From positions 144,001 to 268,000 of the forward strand of contig NW_008806276.1 of the NCBI RefSeq assembly GCF_000400465.1: a stretch of 124,000 nt of DNA, in the 5' to 3' direction. This stretch comes from Wallemia ichthyophaga EXF-994 (Eukaryota > Fungi > Basidiomycota). This document shows, piece after piece, positions 62,923 through 76,572 of this stretch. Each line of letters begins with the position of its first letter. Within the stretch, counting starts at the first letter, position 1. Position numbers and translations under genes: made by a program. A model generated the notes under the pieces. It was not told the DNA's origin. It did not search any database and was given only the letters and a program-made list of their open reading frames with translations.

Positions 62923-65900
62923 TCAAATTGCATATCCGTACCCTGATTCCCCTTTCAAACTATACCCTGATTTGCTTTGTGGTAAATACGACACGCGATT
63001 TGAAGCTGGCTTCGCACTCCCTTCCGAGCTCACACTGCGCGCCGACATGGAATCCATCGACGATGCAGATGCTTCTCTTTTGTGAGAATACGAGCGTGGT
63101 GTCATAATACTATCAAACCCAGCAACACTACTTGCAGAAGACGTAGCCGTCAACGGTGGTGTCTGTAATGAGTTATTGTTGAAATATCCAAATGAACTTG
63201 ACTGCTTGTTTGGTCCTAACTCATCTAATCTCGTTGGACGTGCTTTCCTTGTACTGTTGCTAGCTGCAGAAGGAGGCACTGACTTGATCGTGTTCATCGA
63301 TTTGGAATTAAAAGATCCCAGACTACTCTCTACTGCTGCGTTAATACGTCGGTCATATTGAGTCGTACGCGAGTTGTGCTGTGGCGCCTCTATCGATGCT
63401 CTAAACGACTTCATCGATGGGAGCGATGGCACATGCTGCGAATCTCTATTGCGTACACCTTCCAATCCACTCGCAAACGACGTCTTCTGGGCTGGTGCAG
63501 AATATGGAAGTGTTGGAAGTGCCTTCTTCTCCAATTCCTTCTTTTGAGGAAGAAGTAAAGAAATTCTTTCTTTACTCTGCTTGCGAGGTGCATACTCTTC
63601 GACTGGTGGGACGCTAGATGAACGCGCTGCTTTCCATGCCGCATCCATTGCCATCCTGGCTCTTATCTGTTGCTGCTCAAGGTCACTGCGACGCTTCTCA
63701 CCAGAGGGATCGGCGTGTATTGAGTCAAATTCATTTTCCATCGTATGCAGCCAGCTAGTGTTGCTCTTAGCGGCCTTGCTTGCGTTTCGCTGAGGCAGCA
63801 CTGAGTTATCGATTGGCTGCTGACTGATTCTCCGACTCCTATTCTCATCCTTGTAGGGCGATGGTGTGGATCTGGGTACCGTCGAGATAGAGTTGGATGG
63901 TTTCAGCCACGTGTTGCGCGTGTTTTTGTCGTTATTTTTCTTTTCTAGCACTTGAGCCTGCGAGAGGACGTTGGGAGTGGCCTTAAAGGACGAGAATCGA
64001 GGTGGGTGAATCATTTTCGGCTCGCTGTGATCTATGTTCATATCAGCCTCCCTCAATCTTCTTCTACGTCGATTATTTGGTTGCTCGTCCGATGGTTCCG
64101 TCTCTTCCGCTATCTTTGGAGAAAGCGGAGTAGGCATCCAATCTCGCAAACTGAGCGACGATATTTCAGCTCTTTTCTGAGCTTGTGGTTTGGCGGTAGC
64201 ATTGGCGGGTTTCTGATTGGCTTTTGGCGATGCTTCAGTAGCCTTTGGCTTGGGTGGATCAGCCGCCACTGGTTGCTCGGATATTCTGCGCAGCTGTGTC
64301 TGGAGCTTCTTCTGTGATTCCGGAGAGATATGTATCACCTTGTTGTCTTCCACCATATCCTCCTCTTCCTGAGAAGAACGCGACGAGTTTGAAGCGTTGG
64401 TGACATGGAATGTTGACCTTGTAGTGCGATCGTCTATTGAGCCATTAACACTGCAATTTTTAATATGATTCCCAGTTTGTGTTTGCACTGTTTCTGGTAC
64501 TGTTGGTGCTGCTGATGCTGGCTTCTGACTCCTTTCACAGGTGATGCTATCGAGAGGGGACTCCGGTAGCTCAATTTCGTCGGGACCAACAGCGGGCAGT
64601 GCGATTTCTTGTGGAGGCGTTTTGTCTGTGTCTAAGAGCTCCACGCCGTCGTTTAGCTCTGGACGATCGCGGGGATCGAGCTGGAATGAAAAGGATGGTG
64701 GAAGGCTGTCCTTTGATTTCGATGAAAGCATGGACGCAGAGCCTCCCGATTGACGCATGTCTTCAAGCTTCTGTAGATCGTGTGAGGGTGAGTGTTTTGC
64801 CTTCCAGCCAATACATACCTTGGCCATGTCCGCTATCTTCTTCTGTAAAGCTTTGACCTCATCGTCATCATAGATTGACACTGAGTCACGTAGAGTTTTC
64901 TCCGTTTCCAGATCCTTCTCCAACTTGTGCATGTCTTGATTCGCCATCTTTGTTATGTCTTGACTTTCCGGCTTCTCGATATCGTCACTCTCTACCTTAT
65001 CCATCTTCACGTTCTCTGCCTGCTCCAAGTTCTCGTTATCTACCTTGTCTACTTTCTCAGAATCATCATTGGTGACATCAAGTGATTGAGAAGGAGTGAC
65101 GGTACTCAAGCTATCACGACTTGGACTGCTTGTCAATACCAACCCTGATATCTGCTGCGAAGGACTTCTTGTTGGACTGTAATCGAGTGCATCTTCGCTG
65201 CTCTCATCGCCCTCATACTCGCTTACTTTGAGTGGTGAGAGTGGTCTCAAGTCAAGCAGCGGCGGTGGGGAGGAGAAGTTTGAAAAGGTGTCTGAGAAGC
65301 CATCTTCCGTGCTTTTAGAGTCATCGTTAAATGAGTCAGTTGACATGTGTTTCTTGACGGCCTCCAAGCTGGAAAATATCTTTGAACGGTCCTTGGCGTC
65401 TTGGTCACTCTTGAAGAATTCACTCCCAATGGTGCAATGTCCCTCAACGTACTCAGACACGTTGAGCACATCGTTACTGCCGTTAGAGATCACCTCTTCA
65501 TCTTCTCTAGGCGATTCAAACCTTTTTCCCTCGAAGAAACCAAATTTCTTCGAATTTGGGCTAGGACCTAGAGCCATCAGCGACGACTTGTCGAGCTCCT
65601 TCTTAGAGCTGCTAGGGCTGAGGACTGACTTATCGAGTTCGAACGACGTGAGTGAGTCGTCTTTGGTGTATGAATTGAGAAATTGAGAGGGATCGAAGCT
65701 GTTGTTGCCATCGTTGAAGCTGCTCAGAGTGCTACTGTTGACCATTTGGTTGTTTTCATGACTGATGCTGTCATTTTTGGTATCGCCAGTCTGATCGGCT
65801 GCGTTGTGAGTAGCGTGCTCTTTAGAAGGCGACGATCCAAAGCTTCGAGTGTCTGGTGTACCTGGAGTGCTGCGAACATTTACACTAATCCCAGAAGACG

Positions 65901-66973
65901 ATCTTTCGTTAGGGATTGAAGATGAAGAGGAACCGATTTTGATAGCCTGCAAGCTGAATGGGATCGAGTGAAGTGAAGAGTACTTGTTGGACGCTCCACT
66001 ATCCGCCTTTCTAACTGAAGGGCTTGAGTTTGAGCGCTTGCGAGTAGTAGCTGTATTTAACGCATTGTTGAGGCGTGCTTCGATGATTTGGCTCTCCTGT
66101 AACGGTGGTGCACCTGAAACTGTCGAACTTCTCCCCCTACCCAATATAGGTGGATTGGGGGGTAATCGGGATGGACGAGGTGGTGGTCCTGATTGCATAG
66201 GCGATGTGCGCATCCTGTGTTTTGTACTTAGTGAAAGTGAAACACACGACTCCTCACTCACGTTGAATAGATAGAAACGCTCTCGAATGACTCATCACTC
66301 ACGCTGTGTCTTAAACTTTTGTTCCTCATCCCAAGTCCTTTGATTGATTGAGTGAAAGATACCTTTGCAGTGCGAGGCGGTGGAGAAGCACGCTCGTTCT
66401 CGTATGATTCCAACCTCTTTTTGAGAAAGTTGGACATTCCAATAAAGGGAATAGGCCTTCTAGTACGTGGTGGACGCTTCGGTGGCTCTGTTTTGGAAAA
66501 TGAATTGATGTCACCACTAGGACGACCGAGCCTGGACGATTGAGAGTCTCTGTACCTGTATCAAGATTGAGTTGTGCTGATAATTGCTGTTTTACAATTT
66601 ACACTCACTGGAATTCTATATGCGTGCTATCATCCCTGTTGCTGGAGGATGACATCATTGAAGCCTCTCCGCCGTGATAGATGGCTGGTATCTTGGGCAC
66701 AGGTGGAGCAAAGGGATCAGCTTCCTTAGTGAAGAGCTCTGGTGACTCTTTGAATTGTTTGTCGGGGTTGCCAGCAGATGAGCTGGTGCTTTTCGAGCGT
66801 CTGCGGGTGTGCAGATCAGGTAACGGATGGATAAGGGAGTCACGTATGTCGTGCAAAGATACTGAGCTAGGGAATGGCAGCTGAAGCGGCCGTGAAATTT
66901 CCTTCTTCTTCTCCGCCGAACCAGGCTTCTTCAACTGAGACTTTGACTTTTTCTTGAACAATGTGAATCCCAT
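62923..66973 (-). CDS. Large S/P-rich low-complexity hypothetical protein (probably one multi-exon gene)
   Basis: 1112 aa ORF plus upstream exons linked by GT-AG introns. Confidence 0.55.
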
Positions 66974-67149
66974 GGTTTTTTAAAAGAAAGATTGACTGCT
67001 ACACCGCTTTAGCTGCAATAGAAAAGCGCGCATCGTTAGTGATTGATTTCGTGAAAGGTGATGTAAGGGACGGCTTACCTAGAACGTTTGAGAATATGGG
67101 GATCTGTATGACTTGGCTGGAGCTGCTTGAATGAAGACTCTGGAGCTAA

Positions 67150-67490
67150 TTAATTTGCTTGATTGGCTTTCTTACTTCTTTTCTTCTTTCAATAGCGCGT
67201 TACTCTCCTTAGTGTCGCTGCTACACTCCCCTCAATCCTCTGTGAGCGTCTGCGTTAGAATTGCAAGTGCCTGTTTACTCGCATACTCATTCCTCGCTGT
67301 TCATTCTCGAGTCTCTCCTCGCTCAGGTATGACAGCACGTCTGACATGCTCGGGAGGTATGGGCCTGACAATCGATACACGCTTCTAGACGTCTGTGTGT
67401 CTGACAGTGTGTCTTTATATCCGCGTTTTTCATATGCGCTATTATTTATCCTCACAGCGGGTAACTGGCTGCGGATGCTGCACGTGCATC
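67150..67490 (-). CDS. Possible small multi-exon hypothetical gene
   Basis: GT-AG introns with branch sites join short open segments; no recognisable domain. Confidence 0.3.
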
Positions 67491-68113
67491 ATTAATAAGG
67501 TTGCGCGATGATGCAATACGATGCACAAGGTCCCAAGAAGAAATTTCTGGTACAATTTTGACAGCCTAATCTGACATATGTACGCGTAGCTTGAGTAAAA
67601 CGCGTTGAATTTGGTATGAAATTGATCGAACTTGGATGTTTATGGTGAGGCGTTTAGCTTGAATGACTTTTCAGAGTTGCTTAAAATATCTGTGCTATTC
67701 TTTGTGTGTATTTTCGCGCTTCAAAGTAGGTTGATTTCGATTGATTGTATGCTCAACTCATTGTTACGTGATTCACAGTTCCAATAGGTAGCTTAAAAGA
67801 TGCTTACATAAATTTAGTCTAATTTAAATCGAAAACTTATGAAAGCATGATGATGATGATGATGAAATCCGAATATATTGTTGAGACGATACATGTTTAA
67901 AACTGCTTCCATCAACACTTCTTAAAGCATGAAGATTCAAAGGGGGTGTGGAATTTGCTGGAAGCGTTTCTTGATTAGCATCGTAATCTCTAAATTGTTG
68001 GTAGTTCTCAATAAAACTGTGCCACCAGAAAAATTATGAAATGGTCGTTTTTATGAGCATTTGATTGACAATTTTTTTTCATTTGAATATGTAGTTAACA
68101 AAACCTCTCAGTT

Positions 68114-68375
68114 TCAACAACCGATTAGCGCAACGGGCGCTTCAGTGGCTCAATGGTAGAGTATTGGACTTCTAGTATCATCGAAGGGTTCAAACCGAGT
68201 TGAACTAGCCATCCAAAGGTTGCGGGTTCGAGCCCCGTCTGAAGTAGTGGTAATCTACAACCAATCTTTTTTGGTGTTTCTTATGATATTTTTCCTTTGT
68301 TGAATAACTCGCTTAATCTTTTTCTTCATTACTTTAGGTTTATCCCCTCAGTCCTACTAATGAAATCATGTGTCT
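68114..68375. repeat. Inverted repeat copy B (partner 54595-54855)
   Basis: Near-identical reverse complement; a handful of differences in the 3' flank. Confidence 0.9.
68139..68246 (+). tRNA. tRNA-Arg(TCT) with 36-nt intron, copy 2
   Basis: Identical to 54723-54830 in the opposite orientation. Confidence 0.92.
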
Positions 68376-68471
68376 CTTTTCGATTTGCACATCTGACAAT
68401 TCGCTGATATACAAGTAACAGACGCGATTAATAAAGCGATCACTATAAATATTCCATTCGAAACTACAAAA

Positions 68472-69758
68472 CTATCCTCTTCGCCGTTTAGTACCAACAC
68501 TATCGCGTCCACCGTCTCTGGACCATGGCAGAGACTTCTTCTCCTTGCCTTCATGACGCTTACGTTTGCGTTCTTCAGATTTCTTGACTGCTTTGTTACC
68601 CCCTTTAGCACGTAAGGCGTCTTTCTGAGCCTCTTCGACGCGTTTACGCTTTTCGGCTGTAAAGTAGTGGTAATGAGAATAAGTGGTGTGGATTGATAGG
68701 CAGGGTACTCACAATCTTTCAAAAAGTAAGCCTTCTTACCATCACTTATCTTCTCGCGCTCTTCCTTCTTAATCTTCCTAAGAGTATCCTTCTCGATATC
68801 CTTCTTTTGAGACGTCCTCACCTGCGAGCTCATGCTTTGGATTTGCTGGGTCAAGTTGTCGACCTCGGCTTGATGATGTGAGATGAGATATTGTTTATCA
68901 TCAGTGCTACTGGGTAAAGCGCGAGCTCTGCGCAGAGATAAATCAGCAGCTTTGAGTTGATCTTTAACGTTAGACACCTCCTTCTCGACGGAACCTTTCA
69001 AGAAAGAGAATGACTTTTCGAACAGGTCTTGGGAGAAGTTGCCACTGAGTGATAAGAAGCGAGGATCACGAGATTTCTGTGAGTGAGAAAAGTCGCGTAA
69101 GAGTGAGTTTCGTTGCGAAATGGATAACGTACTACTTTATCTACATCCACTACATCTCTCTTCCTGCTTGTTGGTTTCCTACTTGTAATTTCTGTGGGAG
69201 CATGCTTATTGGCCCTTTTGTGCTTATCTTTGGTGTCTTTAATGACTTTATCTGGTTTGTTGGTGTCAGACTTGCCCCTTTTAGCTTGCTGTTTCTGCCA
69301 AAGATCTTCTTTAGCTTTGGCAAGCGCCTGTGCTCTGTTTACTTTGCGCTCGTCGTCGTTGAGCTCATCATTGGTGCTATCGAGACGGGAGGATGCGTGA
69401 GCGAGTGCAGCGAGAGGGAGAGAGTTGTAGGAGGCGTTCAAAGATGTTTGAGAGGATGAATCAGAGTCTTCTGCGCTGTTAACGTCTTCTACGCCTTCTT
69501 GGTCCACTAAATCATGCTAGAGTGGGTCAAATTGAGTAAAAAAAAAGACCAAATGAAACGCACGCCATTGGATACATTAGAATTAGTAAACTTCAATCTA
69601 TCAGCCTCAAATTCGTCTTCCTCGTCCAAATCATGTTCATCGATGTATTGAGCAGCGTGGGGAGAATCACTGTGCTGACTAGTGTCATCCGGCCCATCAC
69701 TTTCATCACTGTCATCTTGATAGAGAGGTTTAATAAAATTTTCACTGGAATTGTTCAT
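68472..69758 (-). CDS. RRP36: rRNA biogenesis protein (DUF947), multi-exon
   Basis: [39 protein letters not shown]. Confidence 0.85.
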
Positions 69759-69821
69759 CGTGGTAGGCCAAAGTGCGGGTTGTGACGAACGATCAAGTTA
69801 AAATTAAATTAAATTTTATTA

Positions 69822-72789
69822 ATGGAAGAAAATATTTACGGTGCAGAAACTGAGCAGACGATAGCAGAGCAGCTGAGTAGCTTGAACCAGGTTTTGGGTG
69901 GTGGTGATGATGGTGGTGGAGACAGCGGGAATACTGAGGATACTGGGGATCTACAGGCACAGGAATTGATGCCGACAACGGAACAGCCACAGCCACACGA
70001 TCACGACCAGCCTCCTTTCCTCCGCGACGATAAAGACGATGGCACTGACAGCGCTAGCACTTACAAGGAGGCTGAGCAGAGTTTGCAGGATACGACTGGA
70101 ATGGCGGAATCGAGTGACGTGAGTGGTGTAGCAGATGAAACTGCTCCTGGACTGGACGTGGGTGTGGTGGCAGATTCAGACGCAAACGCAGCCACCGCCG
70201 CGGCACAATCACAGTCACAGTCACAGACACCTACAGCACCAACCGCAGCAACCACCACTACCACCTCTCAAATACCCCCACTCGCCATCCCAAAAAACAG
70301 AAAAGAAAGCCTGGAAATGCAACTAAAGAGCGACCCACGCGATGCTGACGGATGGCTTGAATTGATTGCCCACCTCGACTCACTCGGTCGCAATCTCGTT
70401 GGCGATGAGTTGGAAGCGTGGTGGAGTGAGTACACAAGCGTATACGATGCCTTTTTCAAAATCTGGCCCTGTGCTGTATGTCTTTAGCTCTGAGCGTGAT
70501 CGCGACTGGTTTGTGCACCCGCTTACCTTGTTCAGGTGAAGCAATGGCAGGCTTACATTGACAAATGTCTCAGTCTCACGCCACCGCGGATGAAAAAGGT
70601 GGAAGAAATCTTCAGCAAGGCGCTTAAACAGACGCCTTCGCCCGATTTCTGGTCCTCGTATCTCAACTACATACGCCGCAACAACGACGGCGGCGAGGGG
70701 AGGCAGGTGGTAGTGAAAGCTTACGAGTTTGCCATCTCTCACGTGGGTCAGGATAAGGATTCCGGGGAGATCTGGCTGGCCTATATAAGGTTTCTCAAGG
70801 ACGGCGCTGCTACCAACACGTGGGAGGAGCAGCAGCGTATGGATGCGCTCAGAAGGACGTACCAGCGCGCAGTCGTGATACCGATCCAGAATCTCGAAGC
70901 GATTTGGCGTGAGTGGGATGCATTTGAGGGGTCGCTCAACAAAGTCACGGTGGGTAAAAGAGTGCAGAACTATCAAATAACCTCACATATCACAAAATAG
71001 GCTAAGAAATTCCTCGCGGATAAATCGCCCGCGTACATGACAGCGCGGTCTGCACTACGTGAAATGCGTAGTCTGGTAGATGCTCCTGTGAATCTGTTCC
71101 ACATGGACGGTACGCTCGCGCGGCGCCCGAGCTGGACGGAGCGGGAGAGGCAAGTAGTGGGAGCGTGGAAGCGGTATCTGGCATGGGAGGAGGGCAATCC
71201 GTTGGAGCTAGAGGATGAGGCAGCGCGCCACAGTCGTGTGTCGTATGCATTCAAGAAAGCACTCGTGTACATGCGCTTCTATCCGGAGATATGGTACCGG
71301 GCGTACATCGCACACAGGAGCATGGGGCGCGACGAAGAGGCATTTAGTCTGCTCAAGCAGGGCAGCGAGGCTGTACCTGAGAGCTATTTGCTCTCCTTCG
71401 CCCGTGCCGAGGCGGAGGAATTGGCGCAAAATTACAGAGAAGCACACGCGGTCCTCCACCGTCTCCTCGCATGCGTCGTCGCTCACGCTCAAGCTATCGA
71501 GACTGGTATTCTTCGCCAGCAAGCCGAACTTGACGCTCAGTTGCCGAGTATCGAGCAGCAGGCGAATGCTGCACAGGCCGCAGGCGAGAATGAGGGCGAG
71601 GTGCGCGAGAAGAGGCGCATAGCAGAGGGCGAAATTACTAGTAAGAAGGAGGCTGTAGCCAAGTCCAAAGCGAAGGACCTCGACGAGCTTTGCAAAGGTG
71701 CAGGTCTGACGTGGGTGATGAAAATGCGCTTAGCGAGGAGATCAGAGGGGATCAAAGCTGCGCGTGTGGTTTTCAAAGAAGCGCGTACCTCGCCCTATTG
71801 CACTTGGCAGGTGTTTGAAGCAGGCGGTGAGTGTAGTGTGATACTTGGGTACAATACACTAATACACCCGCAGCTATGATGGAGTACCACAGCTCGAAAG
71901 ACGCATCGGTAGCAACGAAGATATTCGAGCTCGGGCTGAAGCGTTTCGCTGGGGAGATAGACTATGTGCTCAAGTATCTCGATTTCCTCATTAGTATCAA
72001 CGACGAAGGGAGTGAGTACAATGGAAGGGGTGTTAGATGAGCAGATTGACTGATATATACACAGATGCACGCGCGCTGTTTGAACGGATAGCGCCGGGGA
72101 TGGGTGCTGAGAAAGCACGGCCATTGTGGACGCGATGGGCATCGTACGAGTACATGTACAGCGATCTTCCAAGTGCACTCAAACTGGAGCAGCGCCTCGC
72201 AGACACATTCCCAGAAGAGCAACCCATACGACGCTTTGCGGAGAGACACTCGCACCAGCGTGTTGATAAAATCGCTACTACAGACCTCGGATACGGCGTC
72301 AAGGCACCGACAGCACCGAGGATGGGCGACAACGCGAGTGGTGGCGGGAAGCGTGAGCGTGAGCGTGAACGTACTCAGCCGGTGGATCTCGAGGAAGAGC
72401 GGAACAAACGCCTGAAGCGTGATGTTGGAGGTGAGAGAGAAGGCGGTAGAAATAGTATCACTAGCAACAACAGCAACAACAACAGCAACAACAATGTTAA
72501 TAGCAAATCAAGACAGTCGCAGCAATTGCCTTTGCCACCTCATCGCAATCAGCGGAATTCACCTGCTCAAGGGGTGCAGATTGGTGGAGCACCAATACAT
72601 TTAGGCAGTGGTAGAGGAGTGGGTGGAATGGGTGGAATAGGTGGAATAGCACCACCAACAGCACCCAGACAGGTAAAGGATCCACTGGGATTGGTGCTGC
72701 AGATGCTACCACAGGCGCGGTATTTCGACGGACCGATAATCAACACGGAGGATATCTTGTTCGCGTTCCGTAATTTGCAGTTGCCGTAG
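69822..72789 (+). CDS. RNA14: mRNA 3'-end processing protein Rna14/CstF-77 (HAT/Suf)
   Basis: HAT repeats; [31 protein letters not shown]. Confidence 0.92.
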
Positions 72790-72877
72790 ATTGCAGAAGC
72801 CGGGGAAGCCGGGTGGGGAGAGAGGAAAAGGTGGAAAAGAGTAAAATGAATTTAATACACACGTTACGATAACAACC

Positions 72878-73783
72878 ATGAGTGCGAGTGGAGCGACAGA
72901 GACGGCGTTGGAGTTGCTGCCAAAGCTGTTGAGTTTGGACGTGCCATTGGATAAAGAGAGATGCAGCACACTGCTCAACTACCGCCATTCGATACTGCCA
73001 CCTAGGAAAGTTGAAGAGTTTCTGTCATGGGAACCGAGTGCGAATATAGTGGAGCAATTGCAGGAGATTAGCTCAGACGAGGGATTGGAGCGTGTACCAG
73101 TTGGTTATAAATACGAGGAGGATGGACAGTATGTGAGGATGAGGTTGGGAGGATTGTATTTGGTGTTGAAGGAGGAGAGCGATGTTAATAATGATAATAA
73201 CATTGGCAATAACAATGATAATAACATTGGTAATAACAATAACAATAACAATAACAATAACAATAACAATAACACCAAGGAACATTGGAAATTTCACAAT
73301 CTTCAACTAGCAGATAAACACACAAACATGGAAAATACAGGTTGGTACACAAACCAGGATATGGCGTTGGATGCATTCATACTCACAGCTGAACGTGTTA
73401 TCAGCGACGCTAATGCAAACGCTGGCAAACACACAGAGCAAGAGAAGGAAGACACGGCGAACAAGGATTTCTGGGCAGATTTCTCTGACGAAAGCGGTGA
73501 GAGCGGTGAGAGCGGTGAAGAGAATCAAGGAAATTACATTCAAGACAACCAAGACACCTTCTACACGCGCCAGGCAGAAGAACATATCAGCACAGTGGAT
73601 GACACACGCAACTCGGATAACCAGCTCGATAGAGCCGTTAAAATGGCAATTGGTGGAATCTGGGGGATGTTTAAGGAGAGCAGAACGCAAGGGGAGGATC
73701 ACAGCAATCACAGCGATCCCACCAACCAAACAACCGATGAAGAAAGATTTCTTGAACTTGTTTTACAATCATTGAACGCATAA
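72878..73783 (+). CDS. Hypothetical protein with poly-Asn tract
   Basis: 301 aa intronless ORF. Confidence 0.6.
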   Translation: MSASGATETALELLPKLLSLDVPLDKERCSTLLNYRHSILPPRKVEEFLSWEPSANIVEQLQEISSDEGLERVPVGYKYEEDGQYVRMRLGGLYLVLKEESDVNNDNNIGNNNDNNIGNNNNNNNNNNNNNNTKEHWKFHNLQLADKHTNMENTGWYTNQDMALDAFILTAERVISDANANAGKHTEQEKEDTANKDFWADFSDESGESGESGEENQGNYIQDNQDTFYTRQAEEHISTVDDTRNSDNQLDRAVKMAIGGIWGMFKESRTQGEDHSNHSDPTNQTTDEERFLELVLQSLNA

Positions 73784-73812
73784 TTGGATTTATTGCATAA
73801 CTATTACCACCA

Positions 73813-74696
73813 ATGAGTACATTACATAGCGCGGCACAAGAGGGTTTGTGGAGGATGAAATAGCTTGGCAGTTGTATTCACAAGCCTACAGCTCAATTGG
73901 GGGAATTGAATGAGTTGCTAAACGCACAACCAAACTCAATTGACAAACTGGACAAGGTGCGTTGGGAGTATTAGGAGTTGCAAGCACCAACACACTGACA
74001 CAGAACACACGCTCTCCTTTACATTGGGGCTGTACATCCAGTCATCCCTCTGTCGTTAGAATGTTGCTGGAAAGAGGCGCAAAAGTCGATATTGAGGATG
74101 GTTTAGGGTGGACACCTCTCATGATAGCCAGTGGGTGGATTGTGAGTTATTTAGCACACTTCTCACAAGCACTCAAGGCTCTGCGGGTAGTTTGGAGATA
74201 GTGGATATGCTGATAAAGAATGGAGCATCAGTTAATCACGTAAACAACAAGGGACAAGCATCTTTGCATTACGCTGCATCCAAGAATCATGCCACTGTGA
74301 GTGGATTTCGTTGGTTTATTTGAATTCACTCGAATAACTCGCCAGATTGCTCATTTACTTCTGGAAAAGGGAGCGGATGTAAACGTGAAAGATAAAGCTA
74401 ATCAGCATCCTTTGCACCGCGCAGCTACAACAGGCAACGGTGATATCATCAAGTTACTCATTAGTCCGCCTAATGCACAACACAAGACGAGACTTAATAC
74501 AGCTGACAGGCTGGGCAACACACCGCTACACCTTGCAATGGAATCAGGCCATGCTTCTACTGCTATTCTACTTATAAACGCAGGTGCTGACAGGGAGAGA
74601 CAGAATTTTGATCAACAGACACCACTCGAAATTGAGGGAGTTGGTGGACAAGAGCAACGTAGAGTTGTTGATAGTGTATTGTACGCCTGTAAATGA
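73813..74696 (+). CDS. NAS6: Ankyrin-repeat proteasome chaperone (gankyrin-like), multi-exon
   Basis: Ankyrin repeats: SPLHWGC, WTPLMIA, PLHRAA, TPLHLA. Confidence 0.8.
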
Positions 74697-74789
74697 ATCC
74701 TTTATCCACTTTAAAAAAACTTCAACATTTCCGGCGATCAGATTCACAGCATCGACTTGGAATTTCTCAGACAGACGACGACGACCAAG

Positions 74790-76428
74790 ATGACAAAACC
74801 AGAAAATAAATACGAAGCAAAGTTTGAGTGGTTAGTCAGGAAATCGCTGTGTATTTAACGCTTAAATACCCCTGCAGGCATGATAGATCCGCCCACGACG
74901 TTCACCTCCAAGGAAGTTTCACGGGATGGATGAATGACAGCAATATCCCATTGAAGAAAGGCCAAGATGGCGTTTGGAGGGCTAGTCACTACGTAACCTA
75001 CTCAGCGAAACAGTAAGCCAACCAAACGCGTTTGAATTGGGCTTACACGTTTAATACAGCCAATATCGCTATAAAGTGAATGGGGAGTGGAAGATTGATC
75101 CACGCGTTGAGTCGTCGCATGGCAGTCCACTCAACGTCCTGGTCAACTACTTTTTCGCTCCAAATCAACCACCGTCGTCGAATAGAGCAGACAAGAAGAA
75201 AAACAAGAGGAAAACTAAGAAGGCTTTGAAGGGCGTCGATAGCCATGGTAATGAAACCCATGGCAACGACAGCCACGATGACAGCAACAGCAACTCAGAC
75301 CATGACGATGATGCCGTTGAACACCTCACTGACCATCATTCCAAGTCTAAAAACCGCGTCTCTGCTAATACTACATCTTGGCCAGCTATTCCTGAGAAAC
75401 CTGAGAAAACTCACGCTCACTCTGACAAGCAGCATAACCAGAAGAAAGAGGATAACCAGAATAACCAAGATAAGGCTTTTGACGGCGTTGTTGCAGGTGC
75501 TACTGAGGGTGCCAAGAAAAACACCGCAGACACCTCATACACTCATCAACAAGAAGTATCCCCAGAAGATGAATCAAAATCGGCTCAAGACAAGGTTGTT
75601 TCACCTGCTCAAGATGGCCATCAAGAAGATCAGCACAAAGAATCAGCCACCACCGACACCAATGATACTAGCAACACCAATGAAACACCGGATAATGTTA
75701 CAGACGACACTAAAATCAACCCACCAATAACTGGCGTCGCTGCTCAAGTTCCAACAAATTCCAACACCACTGGTGAAGATGTCAAGCACAAGGTTGAGGA
75801 TGCTGAGAAGAACGTCGATGACGTCAAGAAGAATGGTGAGGCTAAGGCAGATGAGTCCAATAAGGATGTCCAAGACAAGGCAGCAGTTGCTAAGCAGGAT
75901 GCTGAGAAGAAGGAGGCTCAAGCTAAACAGGATGCTGAGAAGAAGGCGGCTCAGGCTAAGCAAGATGAAGAAAATAAAGCAGCTCAAGCCAAGCAGGATG
76001 CCGATAAGAAGACGGAAGAAGCCAAGAACTCAGCCGCCCAAGCTAAACAAGACGCTGATAAGAAAGCTCAGGAAGCCAAGAACTCGGCCGACCAAGCTAA
76101 ACAAGACGCCGACAAGAAGGCTGAAGAAGCCAAAGACTCCGCAGCCCAAGCTAAGGGCGAAGTAAAGGAAAGCGCCACTCAAGCTAAAGAGCAGGTGAAT
76201 ACCTCTGCCGCGCAGGCTCAAACCCAAGCAAACAGCAGTGCCGCACAGGCCCAAAACGAGGCAAACACAGTCAAGAAGGATGCCACGAATGCAGCTAAGG
76301 AGAGTGCCTCTGAAGCTAAAACTGAGTCTAAAGAGGCAGTCAAAGAAGCCACTGAGAGGAAGCCTTCGCTGCCAAAGAGAATATCAAAACGTATCTCTGG
76401 AATGCTGCACCTTGGAAGTAAGAAGTAA
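74790..76428 (+). CDS. CBM48/AMPK-CBM domain protein (Mdg1/Crp1-like) with a LEA-like repeat tail
   Basis: HDVHLQGSFTGW...YKVNGEWKIDP N-terminus; AAQAKQDADKK repeats. Confidence 0.7.
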
Positions 76429-76572
76429 AGCTTAGAGCTTAAAGCGAGACTTAATGCCCAATCCTACTAATTTAACTGTATCTACTTATAATTTTAATTT
76501 TAATAAACAAAATAAAATTTCACCTTATTAGTGTTGTCTCTGGCTTTGTCTATTTCCTTTAACACTACAGCG

